64,000 nucleotides of DNA from the human T2T-CHM13v2.0 reference genome, Homo sapiens: the NCBI RefSeq assembly GCF_009914755.1, contig NC_060933.1. One strand, 5' to 3'. The notes under the pieces were generated by a model that saw only the letters and a program-made list of their open reading frames with translations, ran no database searches and was not told the origin of the DNA. Below are positions 28,700 to 43,599 of the stretch, one piece after another (the stretch's first letter is position 1; every line of letters begins with the position of its first letter). Both the position numbers and the translations under genes were made by a program.

Positions 28700-31600
28700 C
28701 GAATGTAATGGAATGGAATGCAACGGAATGGAATCGAATGGAATGCAATGCAAAGGAATGGAATCAACCCGAGTGGAATGGCATGGAATGGAATGCAATG
28801 GAATGGAATGGAATGGAATCAACTCGAGTGGAAAGGAATGGAATGGAATGGAAAGGAATGGAATGAAATCAACTCGAGTGGAATGGAATGGAATGGAATA
28901 GATCGGAATGGATTGCAACGGAATGAAATGGAATGGAATGGAATGGAATCAATCATTCCGAGTGGAATGTAAGGGAATGTAATGGAGTGGAAAGAAGGGA
29001 ATGGAATCAACCCGATTGGAATGCAAGGCAATGGAATGGAATGGAAAGGAATGGAATGGAATCAACTCGATTGCAATGGAATGGAATGGAATGGAATGGA
29101 ATGGAATGGAATGGAATTAAAAGGAATAGAATGGAATGCAATAGAATGGAACGGAATGGAATGGAATGGAAGGTAATGGAATCAACACGAGTGCAGGGGA
29201 ATGGAATGGAATGGAATGCAATGGAATGGAATCATCCGGAATGGAATGGAATTGAATGGAATCAACTCCATTGCAATGGAATGGAATGGAATGGAATGGA
29301 ATAGAATGGAATTGAATTAACCCGAATAGAATGGAATGCAATAGAATGGAATGGAACAGAACCGAATGGAGTGGAATGGAATGGAATGGAATCAACCTGA
29401 GTGCAGGGGAATGGAATGGAATGGAATGCAATGGAATGGAATCATCCGGAATGGAATGGAATGAAATGGAATGGAATCAAACCGACTGCAATGGAATGGA
29501 GTGAAATGGAATGGAATGCAATGGAAACAACCAGAATGGATTGGAATATAATGGAGTGTAAGGGAATTGAATAGAATCAATCTGAATGTAATGAAATGGA
29601 ATCGAACGGAATGGAATGGAATGGAATGGAATCGAATGGAATGGAATGGAATGGAATCAACCCGATTGCAATGGAATGGATTCGAATGGAATGGAATGGA
29701 GTGGATTGGATTCTACCCGAATGGAATGGAAAGGAATGGAATCAACCCGAGTGGAATGGCATGGAATGGAATGGAATGGAATGGAATGGAATGGTTCGGA
29801 ATACAATGGATTGGAACAAAAAGGAATGGAATGGAATGGAATGGAATGGAATGGAATGGAATGGAATGGAATCAAGTCGATTGCAATGTAAGAGAATGGA
29901 ATGGAATGGAACGGATTGGAATGGAATGGAATGGAATGGAATGGAATTAAATGGAATGGAATGGAATGGAATCAACCCGAGTGAAGGGGAAAGGAATGGA
30001 ATGGAATGCAATGGAAAGGAATGGAATGGACTGGAATGGAATGGAATGGAATCAACCCGAGTAGAATGGCATGGAATGGAATGCAATGGAATGGAATGGA
30101 ATGGAATCAACTCGAGTGGAAAGGAATGGAATGAAATGGAAAGCAATGGAATGAAATCAACTCGAGTGGAATGGAATGGAATGGAATGGATTGGAATGGA
30201 TTGCAATGGAATGAAATGGAATGGAATGGAATGGAATCAATCATTCCGAGTGGAATGGAAGGGAATGTAATGGAGTGGAAAGAAGGGAATGGAATCAACC
30301 CGAGTGGAATGCAAGGCAATGGAATGAAATGGAAAGGAATGGAATGTAATCAACTCGATTACAATGGAATGGAATGGAATGAAATGGAATGGAAAGGAAT
30401 GGAATGGAATGAAATGGAATGGAATGGAGTGCAATGGAATGGAATCAACCCGAGTGCAATCGAATGGAATCGAATGGAATGGAATGCAATGGAATGGATT
30501 CAACTTGAATGGAATGGAAAGAATGGAATCAACACAAGTGGAATGGCATGGATTGGAATGGAATGGAATGGAATCAACCCGAGTACAGGGGAATGGAATG
30601 GAATGGAATGCAATGGAATGGAATCATCCGTAATGGAATGGAAAGGAATGGAATGGAATGGAATGGAATGGAATGGAATGGAATGGAATGGAATCAACTC
30701 GATTGCAATCGAATGGAATGGAATGGAATTAACCCGAATAGAATGGAATGGAATGGAATGGAACGGAACGGAACGGAACGGAACGGAATGGAATGGAATG
30801 GAATGGAACGGAAAGGAATGGAATTGAATGGAATGGAATGGAATGGAATGCAATCAACGCGAGTGCAGGGGAATGGAATGTAATGGAATGTAATGGAATG
30901 GAATCTTCCGGAATGGAATGGAATGGAATGGAATCAACCCGAGTGCAATGGAATGGAGTGGAATGGAATGGAATGGAGTGGAAACTACACGAATGGAATG
31001 GAATGTAATGAAGTGTAAGGGAATTGAATAGAATCAATCCGAATGTAATGGAATGGAATGGAACGGAATGGAATGGAATGGAATGGAATGGAATGGAATG
31101 CAATGGAATGGAATCAACCCAAGTGCAATCGAATGGAATCGAATGGAATGGACTGCAATGGAATGGATTCAACTTGAATGGAACGGAAAGAATGGAATCA
31201 ACACGAGTGGAATGGCATGGATTGGAATGGAATGGAATGGAATCAACCCGAGTACAGGGGAATGGAATGGAATGGAATGCAATGGAATGGAATCATCCGT
31301 AATGCAATGGAAAGGAATGGAATGGAATGGAATGGAATGGAATGGAATGGAATGGAATGGAATCAACTCGATTGCAATCGAATGGAATGGAATGGAATTA
31401 ACCCGAATAGAATGGAATGGAATGGAATGGAATGGAATAGAATGGAACGGAACGGAATGGAATGGAATGGAATGGAATGGAATGGAATCAATGCGAGTGC
31501 AGGGGAATGGAATGGAATGGAATGCAATGGAATGGAATCTTCCGGAAAGGAATGGAATGGAATGAAATGCAATGGATTCAACTCGATTACAATGGAATGG

Positions 31601-33100
31601 AATAGAATGGAATGGAATGGAATGGAATGGAATTAACCCGAATAGAATGGAATGGAATGCAATGGAACGGAATGGAACGGAATGGAATGGAATGGAATGG
31701 AATGGAATGGGATGGAATGGAATGGAATGGTACGGAATAGAATGGAATGGAACGAATGGTAATGGAATGGAATTGAATGGAATGGAATGGAATCAACGCG
31801 AGTGCAGGGGAATGTATTGGAACGGAATGCAATGGAATGGAATCATCCGGAATGGAATGGAATGGAATGGAATGGAATCAACCCGAGTGCAATGGAATGG
31901 AGTGGAATGGAATGGAATGGAATGGAACAACCCGAATGGAATGGAATGTAATGGAGAGTAAGGGAGTTGAATAGAATCAATCCGAATGTAATGGAATGGA
32001 AAGCAACGGAATGGAATGGAATTTAATGGAATGGAATGCAATGGAATGGATTCAACCCGAGTACAATGGAATGGAATGGAATGGAATGGAATGGAATGGA
32101 ATGGAATGCCTTCAAACCGAATGGAATGGAAAGGAATGGAATCAACACGAGTGGAATGGAATGGAATGGAATGGAATGGAATGGAATGGAATGATACGGA
32201 ATAGAATGGAATGGAACGGAATGGAATGGAATGGAATGGAATGGAATGGAATAGAATGGAATCGTTCCGAGTGGAATAGGAGGGAATGTATTCGAGTGGA
32301 ATGGAAAGGAATGGAATCAACCAGTGTGGAATGGAAGGGAATGGAATGGAATGGAAACTAATAGAATGGAATCAACCCGAGTGGAATGGAATGGAAAGGA
32401 CTGGAATGGAACGGAATGGAATGGAATGGAAAGGAATGGAATGGAATCAACTCGATTGAAATGGAATGGAATGGAATGGAATGGAATGGAATGGAATGGA
32501 ATTAACCCGAATACAATGGAATGGAATGGAATGGAACGGAATGGAGTGGAATGGAATGGAATCAACCCGAGTGCAGGGGAATGGAATGGAATGGAATGCA
32601 ATGGAATGGAATCATCCGGAATGGAATGGAATGGAATGGAATGCAAAGCAATGGAATCAACTCGATTGCAATGGAATGGAATGGAATGGAAAGGAATACA
32701 TTGGAATCAACCCGAGTGGAATGGAATGGAAAGGACTGGAATGGAGTGGAATGGAATGGAATGGAATGGAATGGAATGGAATCAACTCGATTGGAATGGA
32801 ATGGAATGGAATGGAATGGAATGGAATTAACCCGAATAGAATGGAATGGAACGGAACGGAATGGAATGGAATGGAATGGAATGGAATGGAATGGAATGGA
32901 ATGGAATCAACCCGACTGCAGGGGCATGGAATAGAATGGAATGCAATGGAATGGATTCAACTTGAATGGAATGGAAATAATGGAATCAACACGAGTGGAA
33001 TGGCATGGATTGGAATGGAATGGAATGGAATCAACCCGAGTACAGGGGAATGGAATGGAATGGAATGCAATGGAATGGAATCATCCGTAGTGGAATGGAA
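28700..33100 (+). repeat. Older diverged copy of ~15.2-19.7 kb (and hence of ~7.9-12.4 kb)
   Basis: Private markers in the same order: CGATTGGAATGCAAGGC (8211/15492/29013), GGTTCGG (8901/16182/29793), CAAGTCG (8996/16277/29873), GGAAATAATGG (12280/19561/32973). Confidence 0.8.
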
Positions 33101-36100
33101 AGGAATGGAATGGAATGGAATGGAATGGAATGGAATGGAATGGAATGGAATCAACTCGATTGCAATCGAATGGAATGGAATGGAATTAACCCGAATAGAA
33201 TGGAATGGAATGGAATGGAACGGAACGGAACGGAACGGAACGGAACGGAATGGAATGGAATAGAATGGAATGGAACGGAAAGGAATGGAATGGAATGGAA
33301 TGGAATGGAATGGAATGGAATGGAATGGAATGGAATGGAATCAACGCGAGTGCAGGGGAATGGAATGGAATGGAATGCAATGGAATGGAATCTTCCGGAA
33401 TGGAATGGAATGGAAGGGAATGGAATGGAATGGAATGGAATGGAATAAACCCGAGTGCAATGGAATGGAGTGGAATGGAATGGAATGGAATGGAACAAGC
33501 CTAATGGAATGGAATGGAATGGAGAGTAAGGGAGTTGAATAGAGTCAATCCGAATGTAAAGGAATGGAATGGAACGGAATGGAATTGAATGGAATGGAAT
33601 GGAATGCAATGGAATGCAATCAACCCGAGTGCAATGGAATGGAGAGGAATGGAATGGAATGGAATGGAATGGAATGGAATGGAATCAACACGATTGCAAT
33701 CGAATGGAATGGAATGGAATTAACCCGAATAGAATGGAATGGAATGGAATGGAAAGGAACGGAATGGAATGGAATGGAATGGAATGGAATGGACTCAAAG
33801 CGAGTGCAGGGGAATGGCATGGAATGGAATGCAATGGAATGGAATCTTCCGGAATGGAATGGAATGGAATGGAATGAAATGCAATGGATTCAACTCGATT
33901 GCAATGGAATGGAATAGAATGGAATGGAATGGAATGGAATGGGATTAACCCGAATAGAATGGAATGGATTGGAATGGAACGGAATGGAACGCAATGGAAT
34001 GGAATGGAATGGAATGGAATCGAATGGAATGGTATGGAATGGAATGGAATGGTACGGAATAGAATGGAATGGAACGAATTGTAATGGAATGGAATTGAAT
34101 GGAAAGGAATGGAATGGAATGGAATCAACGCGAGTGCAGGGGAATGTAATGGAACGGAATGCAATGGAATGGAATCATCCGGAATGGAATGGAATGGAAT
34201 GGAATGGAATGGAATGGAATCAACCCGAGTGCAATAGAATGGAGTGGAATGGAATGGAATGGAATGGAACAACCCGAATGGAATGGAATGTAATGGAGAG
34301 TAAGGGAGTTGAATAGAATCAATGCGAATGTAATGGAATGGAATGCAACGGAATGGAATGGAATGGAATGGAATGGAATGGAATGGAATGCAAAGCAATG
34401 GAATCAACTCGATTGCAATGGAATGGAAAGGAATGGAAAGGAATACATTGGAATCAACCCGAGTGGAATGGAATGGAAAGGACTGGAATGGAGTGGAATG
34501 GAATGGAATGGAATGGAATGGAATGGAATGGAATGGAATCAAATTGATTGGAATGGAATGGAATGGAATGGAATGGAATGGAATGGAATTAACCCGAATA
34601 GAAAGCAATGGAATGGAATGGAACGGAACGGAATGGAATGGAATGGAATGGAATGGAATGGAATGGAATGGAATCAACCTGACTGCAGGGGAACGGAATG
34701 GAATGGAATGCAATGGAATGGATTCAACTTGAATGGAATGGAAAGAATGGAATCAACACGAGTGGAATGGCATGGATTGGAATGGAATGGAATGGAGTCA
34801 ACCCGAGTACAGGGGAATGGAATGGAATGGAATGCAATGGAATGGAATCATCCGTAATGGAATGGAAAGGAAAGGAATGGAATGGAATGTAATGGAATGG
34901 AATGGAATGGAATCAACTCGATTGCAATCGAATGGAATGGAATGGAATTAACCCGAATAGAATGGAATAGAATGGAATGGAACGGAACGGAACGGAATGG
35001 AATGGAATGGAATGGAATGGAATGGAATGGAACGGAAAGGAATGGAATGGAATGGAATGGAATGGAATGGAATGGAATCAACGCGAGTGCAGGGGAATGG
35101 AATGGAATGGAATGCAATGGAATGGAATCTTCCAGAATGGAATTGAATTGAATGGAATGGAATGGAATGGAATGGAATGGAATGGTATGGAATGGAATGG
35201 AATGGTACGGAATAGAAAGGAATGGAACGAATTGGAATGGAATGGAATCGAATGGAATGGAATGGAATCAACCCGAGTGCAGGGGAATGTAATGGAACGG
35301 AATGCAATGGAATGGAATCATGCGTAATGGAATGGAATGGAATGGAATGGAATCAACCCGATTGCAATGGAATGGAGTGGAATGGAATGGAATGGAATGT
35401 AAACAACCCGAATGGAATGGAATATAATGGAGTGTAAGCGAATTGAATGGAATCAATCCGAATGTAATGGAATGGAATGGAAAGGAATGGAATGGAATGG
35501 AATGGAATGGAATGGAATGGAATGGAATGGAATGGAATCAACCAGATTGTAATGGAATGGAATCGAAAGGAATGGAAAGGAATGGAATGGATTCAATTCG
35601 ATTGCAATGGAATGGAATAGAATGGAATGGAATGTAATGGAATGGAATGGAATTAACCCGAATAGAATGGAATGGAATGGAATGGAACGCAACGGAACGG
35701 AATGGAATGGAATGGAATGGAATGGAATGGAATGGAATGGAATGGTATGGAATGGAATGGAATGGTGCGGAATAGAATGGAATGGAACGAATTGGAATGG
35801 AATGGAATCGAATGGAATGGAATGGAATGGAATGGTATGGAATGGAATGGAATGGTATGGAATGGAATGGAATGGTGCGGAATAGAATGGAATGGAACGA
35901 ATTGGAATGGAATGGAATGGAATGGAATGGAATGGAATCAACCCGAGTGCAGTGGAATGTAAGGGAACGGAATGCAATGGAATGGAATCATCCGCAATGG
36001 AATGGAATGGAATGGAATGGAATGGAATGGAATGGAATGGAATGGAATGGAATCAACCCGAGTGCAATGGAATGGAGTGGAATGGAATGGAATGGAATGT

Positions 36101-36999
36101 AAACAACCCGAATGGAATGGAATATAATGGAGTGTAAGGGAATTGAATGGAATCAATCCGAATGAAATGGAATGGAATGGAAAGGAATGGAATTGAATGG
36201 AATGGAATGGAATGGAATCAACCCGAGTGTAATGGAATGGAATCGAAAGGAATGGAAAGGAATGGAATGGATTCAACACCAATGTAATGGAAAGGAATGG
36301 AATCAAACCGAGTGGAATGGCATGGAATGGAATGGAAAGGAATGGAATGGAATGGTACAGAATGGAATGGATTGGAACGAAATGGAATGGAATGGAATTG
36401 AATGGAATGGAATGGAATGCAATCAACTCGATTGCAATGGAATGGAATGCAGTGGAATGGAATAGAATGGAAGGGAATTAACCCGAATAGATTGCAATGG
36501 AATGGAATGGAATCAACCCGAGTACAGGGGAATGGAATGGAATGGAATGCAATGGAATGGAATCATCCGTAAAGGAATGGAAAGGAATGGAATGGAATGG
36601 AATGGAATGGAATGGAACAGAATGGAATGGAATGGAATGGAATCAACTTGATTGCAATAGAATGGAATGGAATGGAATTAACCCGAATAGAATGGAATGG
36701 AATGGAATGGAACGGAACGGAATGGAATAGAATGGAATGGAATGGAATGGAATGGAACGGAACGGAACGGAATGAAATGGAATGGAATGGAATGGAATCA
36801 ACGAGAGTGCAGGGGAATGGAATGGAAAGTAATGCAATGGAATGGAATCTTCCGGAATGGAATGGAATGGAATGGAATGGAATGGAATGGATTCAATTCG
36901 ATTGCAATGGAATGGAAAGGAATGGAATGGAATGGAATGAAATGGAATTAACCCGAATAGAATAGAATGGAATGGAATGGAAAGGAAGGTAATGGAATG

Positions 37000-39900
37000 G
37001 AATGGAATGGAATCAACCCGAGTGCAGGGGAATGGAATGGAATGGAATGCAAAGGAATGGAATCATCCAGAATGGAATGCAATGGAATAGAATGGAATGC
37101 AATGGAATGGAGTCAACCCGAGTACAATGGAATGGAATGGAATGGAATGGAATGGAATGGAATGGAATGGAATGATACGGAATAGAATGGAATGGAACGA
37201 AATGGAATGGAATGGAATGGAATGGAATGGAATGGAATGGAATCGTTCCGAGTGGAATAGGAGGGAATGTATTCGAGTGGAATGGAAACGAATGGAATCA
37301 ACCAGAGTGGAATGGAAGGGAATGGAATGGAATGGAAACTAATAGAATGGAATCAACCCGAGTGGAATGGAATGGAAAGGACTGGAATGGAAAGGAATGG
37401 AATGGAATCAACTCGATTCCATTGGAATGGAATGGAATAGAACGGAATGGAATTAACACGAATAGAATGGAATGGAATGGAATGGAACGGAATGGAATGG
37501 AATGGAATGGATTCAACTCGATTGAATGGAATGAAATAGAATGGAATGGAATGGAATGGAATGGAATTAACCCGAATAGAATGGAATGGAATGGAATGGA
37601 ATGGAATGGAATGGAATAGAATGGAATGGAATCAACCTGAGTGCAGGGGAATGGAATGGAATGGAATGCAATGGAATGGAATCATCAGGAATGGAATGGA
37701 ATGGAATGGAATGGAATGGAATGGAATGGAATGGAATGGAATCAACTCGATTTCAATGGAATGGAATGGAATAGAATGGAATGGAATTAACAGGAATATA
37801 ATGGATTGGAATGGAATGGAATGGAACGGAAAGGAATGGAATGGAATGGAATGGAATCAACCCAAGTGCAGGGGAATGGAATGGAATGGAATTCAGTGGA
37901 ATGCAATCATCCGGAATGGAATGGAATGGAATGGCATGGAATGGAATGGAATCAACCCGAGTTCAATGGAATGGAGAGGAAAGGATTGGAATGGAATGGA
38001 AACTACCCGAATGGAATGGAATGTAATGGAGTGTATTTGAATTGAATAGAATCAATCCGAATGTAATGGAATGGAATGGAACAGAATGGAATGAAATGGA
38101 ATGGAATGGAATGGAATGGAATGGAATGGAAAGCAATGGAATGGATTCAACACGAGTGCAATCGAATGGAATCGAATGGAATGGAATGCAATGGAATGGA
38201 TTCAACTTGAATGGAATGGAAAGAATGGAATCAACACGAGTGGAATGGCATGGATTGGAATGGAATGGAATGGAATCAACCCGATTACAGAGGAATGGAA
38301 TGGAATGGAATGGAATGCAATGGAATGGAACGGAACGGAATGGAATGGAAAGGAATGGAATGGAATGGAATGGACTGGAATGGAATCAACGCGAGTGCAG
38401 TGGAATGGAATGGAACGGAATGCAATGGAATGGAATCATCCGGAATGGAATGGAATGGAATGCAAGCAACCCGAGTGCAATGGAATGGAGTGGAATGGAA
38501 TGGAATGGAATGGAACAACCCGAATGGAATGGAATGTAATGGAGAGTAAGGGAGTTGAATAGAATCAATCCGAATGTAATGGAATGGAATGGAACGGAAT
38601 GGAATGGAATGGAATGGAATGGAATGGAATGCAATGGAATTGAATCAACCCGAGTGCAATGGAATGGAATGGAATGGATTGGAAAGGAAAGGAATGGAAT
38701 GGAATGCAATGGAATGGAATCAACCCGCGTACAATGGAAAGGAATGGAATGGAATGGAATGGAAAGGAATGGAATGCAATGCAATGGATTCAACTCGATT
38801 GCAATGGAATGGAATAGAATGGAATGGAATGGAATGGAATGGAATTAACCCAAATAGTATGGAATGGAATGGAATGGTAAGCAATGGAATGGAATGGAAT
38901 GGAATGGAATGGAATGGAATGGAATGGAATGGTATGGAATGGAATGGAATGGAATGGTACGGAATAGAATGGAATGGAAAGAATTGGAATGCAATGGAAT
39001 CGAATGGAATGGAATGCAATGGAATAGAATCAACCCGAGTGCAGGGGAATGAAATGGAATGGAATGCAATGGAATGGAATCATCCGAAATGGAATGGAAT
39101 GGAATGGAATGGAATGGAATGGAATCAACCCGAGTGCAATGGAATGGAGTGGAATGGAATGGAATGGAATGGAACAACCCGAATGGAATGGAATGTATTG
39201 GAGAGTAAGGGAGTTGAATAGAATCAATCCGCATGTAATGGAATGCAATAGAACGGAATGGAATGGAATGGAATGGAATGCAATGGAATGGAATGGAATG
39301 GAATGGAATGGAAAGGAACTGAATGGAATGGAATGACTTCAAACCGAATGGAATGGAATGGAATGGAATGGTACGGAATAGAATGGAATGGAACGAAATG
39401 GAATGGAATGGAATGGAATGGAATGGTATGGAATGGAATGGAATGGAATCGTTCCGAGTGGAATAGGAGGGAATGTATTCGAGTGGAATGGAAAGGAATG
39501 GAATCAACCAGAGTGGAATGGAAGGGAATGGAATGGAATGGAAACTAATAGAGTGGAATCAACCCGAGTGGAATGGAATGGAAAGGACTGAATGGAATGG
39601 AATGGAATGGAATGGAATGGAATGGAATGGAAAGGAATTGAATGGAATGGAATGACTTCAAACCGAATGGAATGGAAAGGAATGGAATCAACACGAGTGG
39701 AATGGAATGGAATGGAATGGAGTGGAATCGTACGGAATAGAATGGAATGGAACGAAATGCAATGGAATGGAATGGAATGGAATGGAAAGGAATGGAATCG
39801 TTCCGAGTGGAATAGGAGGGAATGTATTCGAGTGGAATGGAATGGAATGGAATCAACCAGCGTGGAATAGAAGGGAATGGAATGGAATGGAAACTAATAG

Positions 39901-41460
39901 AATGGAATCAACCCGAGTGGAATGGAATGGAAAGGACTGAATGGAATGGAATGGAATGGAATGGAATGGAATGGAATCAACTCGATTGTAATGGAATGGA
40001 ATGTTATGGAATGGAATGGAATGGAATGGAATTAACCCGAATACAATGGAATGGAATGGAATGGAACGGAATGGAGTGGAATGGAATGGAATCAACCCGA
40101 GAGCAGGGGAATGGAAAGGAATGGAATGCAATGGAAAGGAATCATCCGGAATGGAATGGAAAGGAATAAAATGGAATCAACCCGAGTGGAATGGAATGGA
40201 AAGGACTGGAATGGAGTGCAATGAAATGGAATGGAATGGAATGGAATGGAATGGAATGGAATTAACCCGAATAGAATGGAATGGAATGGAATGGAACGGA
40301 ATGGAATGGAATGGAATGGAATGGAATGGAATCAACCCGACTGCAGGGGAATGGAATGGAATGGAATGCAATGGAATGGAATCTTCCGGAACGGAATGGA
40401 ATGGAATGGAATGGAATCAACTCGATTGCAATGGAATGGAATGGAATGGAATGGAATTAACCCGAATAGAATGGAATGGAATGGAATGGAATGGAAAGGA
40501 ATGGAAGGGAATGGAATGGAATGTAATCAACCCGAGTGCAGGGAAATGGAATGGAATGGAATGCAATGGAATGGAATCACCCGGAATGGAATGGAATGGA
40601 ATGGAATGCAATCAACCCGATGCAACGGAATGGAGTGGAATGGAATGGAATGGAATGGAATGGAATCAACTCGATTGCAATCGAATGGAATAGAATGGAA
40701 TGGAATCAACTCGATTGCAATCGAATGGAATGGAATGGAATTAACCCGAATAGAATGGAATGGAATGGAATGGAACGGAACGGAACGGAACGGAATGGAA
40801 TGGAATGTAATGGAATGGAATGGAACGGAACGGAGCGGAACGGAATGGAATGGAATGGAATGGAATGGAATGGAATGGAATGGAATGGAATGGAATGGAA
40901 TGGAATTAACGCGAGTGCAGGGGAATGGAATGGAATGGAATGAAATGGAATGGAATCTTCCGGAATGGAATGGAATGGAATGGAATGGAATGGAATGGAA
41001 TGGAATCATCCGTAATGGAATGGAAAGGAATGGAATGGAATGGAATGGAATCAACTCGATTGCAATCGAATGGAATGGAATGGAATTAACCCGAATAGAA
41101 TGCAATGGAATGGAGTGGAACGGAACGGAACTGAACGGAATGGAATGGAATGAAATGGAATGGAATGGAACGGAACGGATCAGAACGGAACGGAACGGAA
41201 TGGAATGGAATGGAATGGAATGAAATGGAATGGAATGGAATGGAATGGAATCAACGCGAGTGCAGGGTAATGGAATGGAATGGAATGCAATGGAATGGAA
41301 TCTTCCGGAATGGAATGGAATGGAATGGAATGGAATGGAATGCAATGGATTCAACTCGATTGCAATGGAATTCAATAGAATGGAATGGAATGGAATGGAA
41401 TGGAATTAAACCGAATAGAATGGAATGGAATGGAATGGAAAGGAACGGAACGGAATGGAA
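37000..41460 (+). repeat. ~4.4-kb block, copy 1 (second copy ~12.9 kb downstream)
   Basis: Identical or near-identical ORFs at 37806/50703 (12897), 39822/52714 and 40001/52893 (12892). Private variants GTGTATTTGAATTG, GACTTCAAACCG, GGATCAGAACGG and GGAATTCAATAG occur in both copies. Confidence 0.9.
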
Positions 41461-43599
41461 TGGAATGGAATGGAATGGAATGGAATGGAATCTTCCGGAA
41501 TGGAATGGAATGGAATGGAATGGAATGGAATGGAATGGAATGGAATTAAACCGAATAGAATGGAATGGAATGGAATGGAACGGAATGCAACGGAATGGAA
41601 TGGAATGGAATGGAATGGAATGGTATGGAATGGAATGGAATGGTACGGAATAGAATGGAATGGAACGAAATGGAATGGAATGGAATGGAATGGAATGGAA
41701 TGGAATGGAATCGTTCTGAGTGGAATAGGAGGGAATGTATTCGAGTGGAATGGAAAGGAATGGAAAAAACCTGAGTGGAATGGAAGGGAATGGAATGGAA
41801 TGGAAACTAATAGAATGGAATCAACCCGAGAGGAATGGAATGGAAAGGACTGGAATGGAATGGAATGGAATGGAATCAACTCGATTGAAATGGAATGGAA
41901 TGGAATGGAATGGAATGGAATGGAATTAACCCGAATACAATGCAATGGAATGGAATGGAACGGAATGGAGTGGAATCGAATGGAATCAACCCGAGTGCAG
42001 AGGAATGGAATGGAATGGAATGCAATGGAATGGAATCATCCGGAATGGAATGGAATGGAATGGAATGCAAAGCAATGGAATCAACTCGATTGCAATGGAA
42101 TGGAATGGAATGGAAAGGAATACATTGGAATCAACCCGAGTGGAATGGAATGGAAAGGACTGGAATGGAGTGGAATGGAATGGAATGGAATGGAATGGAA
42201 TCAACTCGATTGGAATGGAATGGAATGGAATGGAATGGAATGGAATGGAATGGAATGGAATTAATCCGAATAGAATGGAATGGAATGGAATGGAACGGAA
42301 CGGAATGGAATGGAATGGAATGGAATGCAATGGAAACAACCCGACTGCAGGGGAATGGAATGGAATGGAATGCAATGGAATGGATTCAACTTGAATGGAA
42401 TGGAAAGAATGGAATCAACACGAGTGGAGTTGCATGGATTGGAATGGAATGGAATGGAATCAACACGAGTACAGGGGAATGGAATGGAATGGAATTCAAT
42501 GGAATGGAATCATCCGTAAAGGAATGGAAAGGAATGGAATGGAATGGAATGGAATGGAATCAACCCGATTGCAATCGAATGGAATGGAATGGAATTAACC
42601 CGAATAGAATGGAATGGAATGGAATGGAACGGAACGGAACGGAATGGAATGGATTGGAATGGAATGGAATGGAATGGAATGGAACGGAAAGGAATGGAAT
42701 GGAATGGAATGGATTGGAAAGGAATGGAATGGAATCAACGCGAGTGCAGGGGATTGGAATGGAATGGAATGCAATGGAATGGAATCTTCCGGAATGGAAT
42801 GGAATGGAATGGAATGGAATGGAATAAACCCGAGTGCAATGGAATAGAGTGGAATGGAATGGAATGGAATGGAACAACCCGAATGGAATGGAATGTAATG
42901 GAGAGTAAGGGAGTTGAGTAGAATCAATCCGAATGTAATGGAATGGAATGGAACGGAATGGAATTGAATGGAATGGAATGGAATGCAATGGAATGGAATC
43001 AACCCGAGTGCAATGGAATGGAGAGGAATGGAATGGAATGGAATGGAAACTACCCGAATGGAATGGAATGTAATGGAGTGTAAGGGAATTGAATAGAATC
43101 AATCCGAATGTAATGGAATGGAATGGAACGGAATGGAATGGAATGGAATGGAATGGAATGGAATGGAATGCAATGGAATGGAATCAACCCGAGTGCAATC
43201 GAATGGAATCGAATGGAATGGAATGCAATGGAATGGATTCAACTTGAATGGAATGGAAAGAATGGAATCAACACGAGTGGAATGGTATGGATTGGAATGG
43301 AATGGAATGGAATCAACCCGAGTACAGGGGAATGGAATGGAATGGAATGCAATGGAATGGAATCATCCGTAATGGAATGGAAAGCAATGGAATGGAATGG
43401 AATGCAATGGAATGGAATGGAACTCAACTCGATTGCAATCGAATGGAATGGAATGGAATTAACCAGAATAGAATGGAATGGAATGGAATGGAATGGAACG
43501 GAATGGCATGGAATGGAATGGAATGGAATGGAATGGAATGGAACGGAACGGAACGGAATGGATCGAATGGAATGGAATGGAATGGAATGGAATCAACGC

